A stretch of 63,188 nucleotides of DNA, the filler included, from Octopus bimaculoides (Eukaryota), in NCBI RefSeq assembly GCF_001194135.2. It is 5 parts of 5 records of this genome, joined end to end, with 100 filler letters (N's around TTAATTAATTAA, not from the genome) between each part and the next. Parts side by side here need not be neighbours in the genome. Positions count along the whole stretch, not along the records: positions 57,891 to 63,188 come from NC_069010.1; 4 more parts are not named here. One strand, 5' to 3'. The notes beneath the pieces were generated by a model. The model saw nothing but the letters and a program-made list of their open reading frames with translations, ran no database searches and was not told the origin of the DNA. Both the position numbers and the translations under genes were made by a program. Below are positions 62,905 through 63,188 of the stretch, piece by piece (within the stretch, counting starts at the first letter, position 1; each line of letters opens with the position of its first letter).

Positions 62905-63083
62905 ATATATATAATTTATATAAGGGCATTCACTGTATAGTAATGCCTCAGGCTTAGAGGGACTAAATAAGTCAAAAACTACCAAAAAATAAGCTTATTT
63001 TTTGGTAGTTTTTGACTTATTTAGTCCCTCTGAGCGTGAAGCATTACTATATAGTTAATGCCCTTATATAAAATTATATATAT
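62905..63083. repeat. ~180-bp palindrome with a perfect 76-bp core (62956-63031) centred on AAGCTT
   Basis: Base-by-base symmetry about 62993/62994, no spacer; outer arms carry mismatches. Confidence 0.92.
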
Positions 63084-63188
63084 TTATGGAAAAAAATGAT
63101 GAGTTTTTTTTTTCCTTATGAGGTTTTTTCACGCTGACTACTTGATAAATTCTTATAAAGATTTTATCCTATATTATATTATGTATAT

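Noticed and set aside
62991-62996. HindIII site at the palindrome centre as a Hi-C ligation artefact
   Set aside because: Fill-in Hi-C junctions give AAGCTAGCTT, and the outer arms are diverged, which a library artefact would not produce; kept as a real feature pending read check.
1-63188. Many ORF-track entries rich in HT, YI, CV, poly-I/L/N or X
   Set aside because: They are translations of microsatellites or read through N gaps; no coding signal.

Overview
AT-rich, microsatellite- and gap-rich animal genomic DNA. The SINE families and assembly style point to an octopus (coleoid cephalopod), but this is inference. Four 100-bp gaps containing an artificial TTAATTAATTAA linker split the window into five joined pieces (1-20922, 21023-45703, 45804-51537, 51638-57790, 57891-63188). 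Piece 1 carries 13 phase-consistent minus-strand exons of the N-terminal region of RanBP2/Nup358; the first ~85 codons and everything after exon 531-651 were not found in the window. Piece 5 carries four minus-strand exons of an MFSD4-like MFS transporter. Piece 3 has one MAM-domain exon and the 5' part of a Helitron with five 23-aa STPR-like repeats. The rest is tRNA-derived SINEs, decayed LINEs (R4/Dong-like, Hero/NeSL-like, RTE), Penelope-like pieces, Tc1/mariner and hAT relics, foldbacks and simple repeats. The standout is a ~350-bp, 1.9-copy tandem repeat at 58816-59474. Each unit holds a minimal type I hammerhead ribozyme with a palindromic CATG in helix III, and the predicted 347-nt monomer between cleavage sites is heavily base-paired: a candidate non-LTR retrozyme (viroid-like circRNA-producing element). 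Further hammerhead-like motifs occur in a Penelope-type element (25.8 kb) and in the tail of a tRNA-headed SINE showing Penelope-style 5' inversions. No CRISPR arrays, rRNA or convincing tRNA genes were seen.
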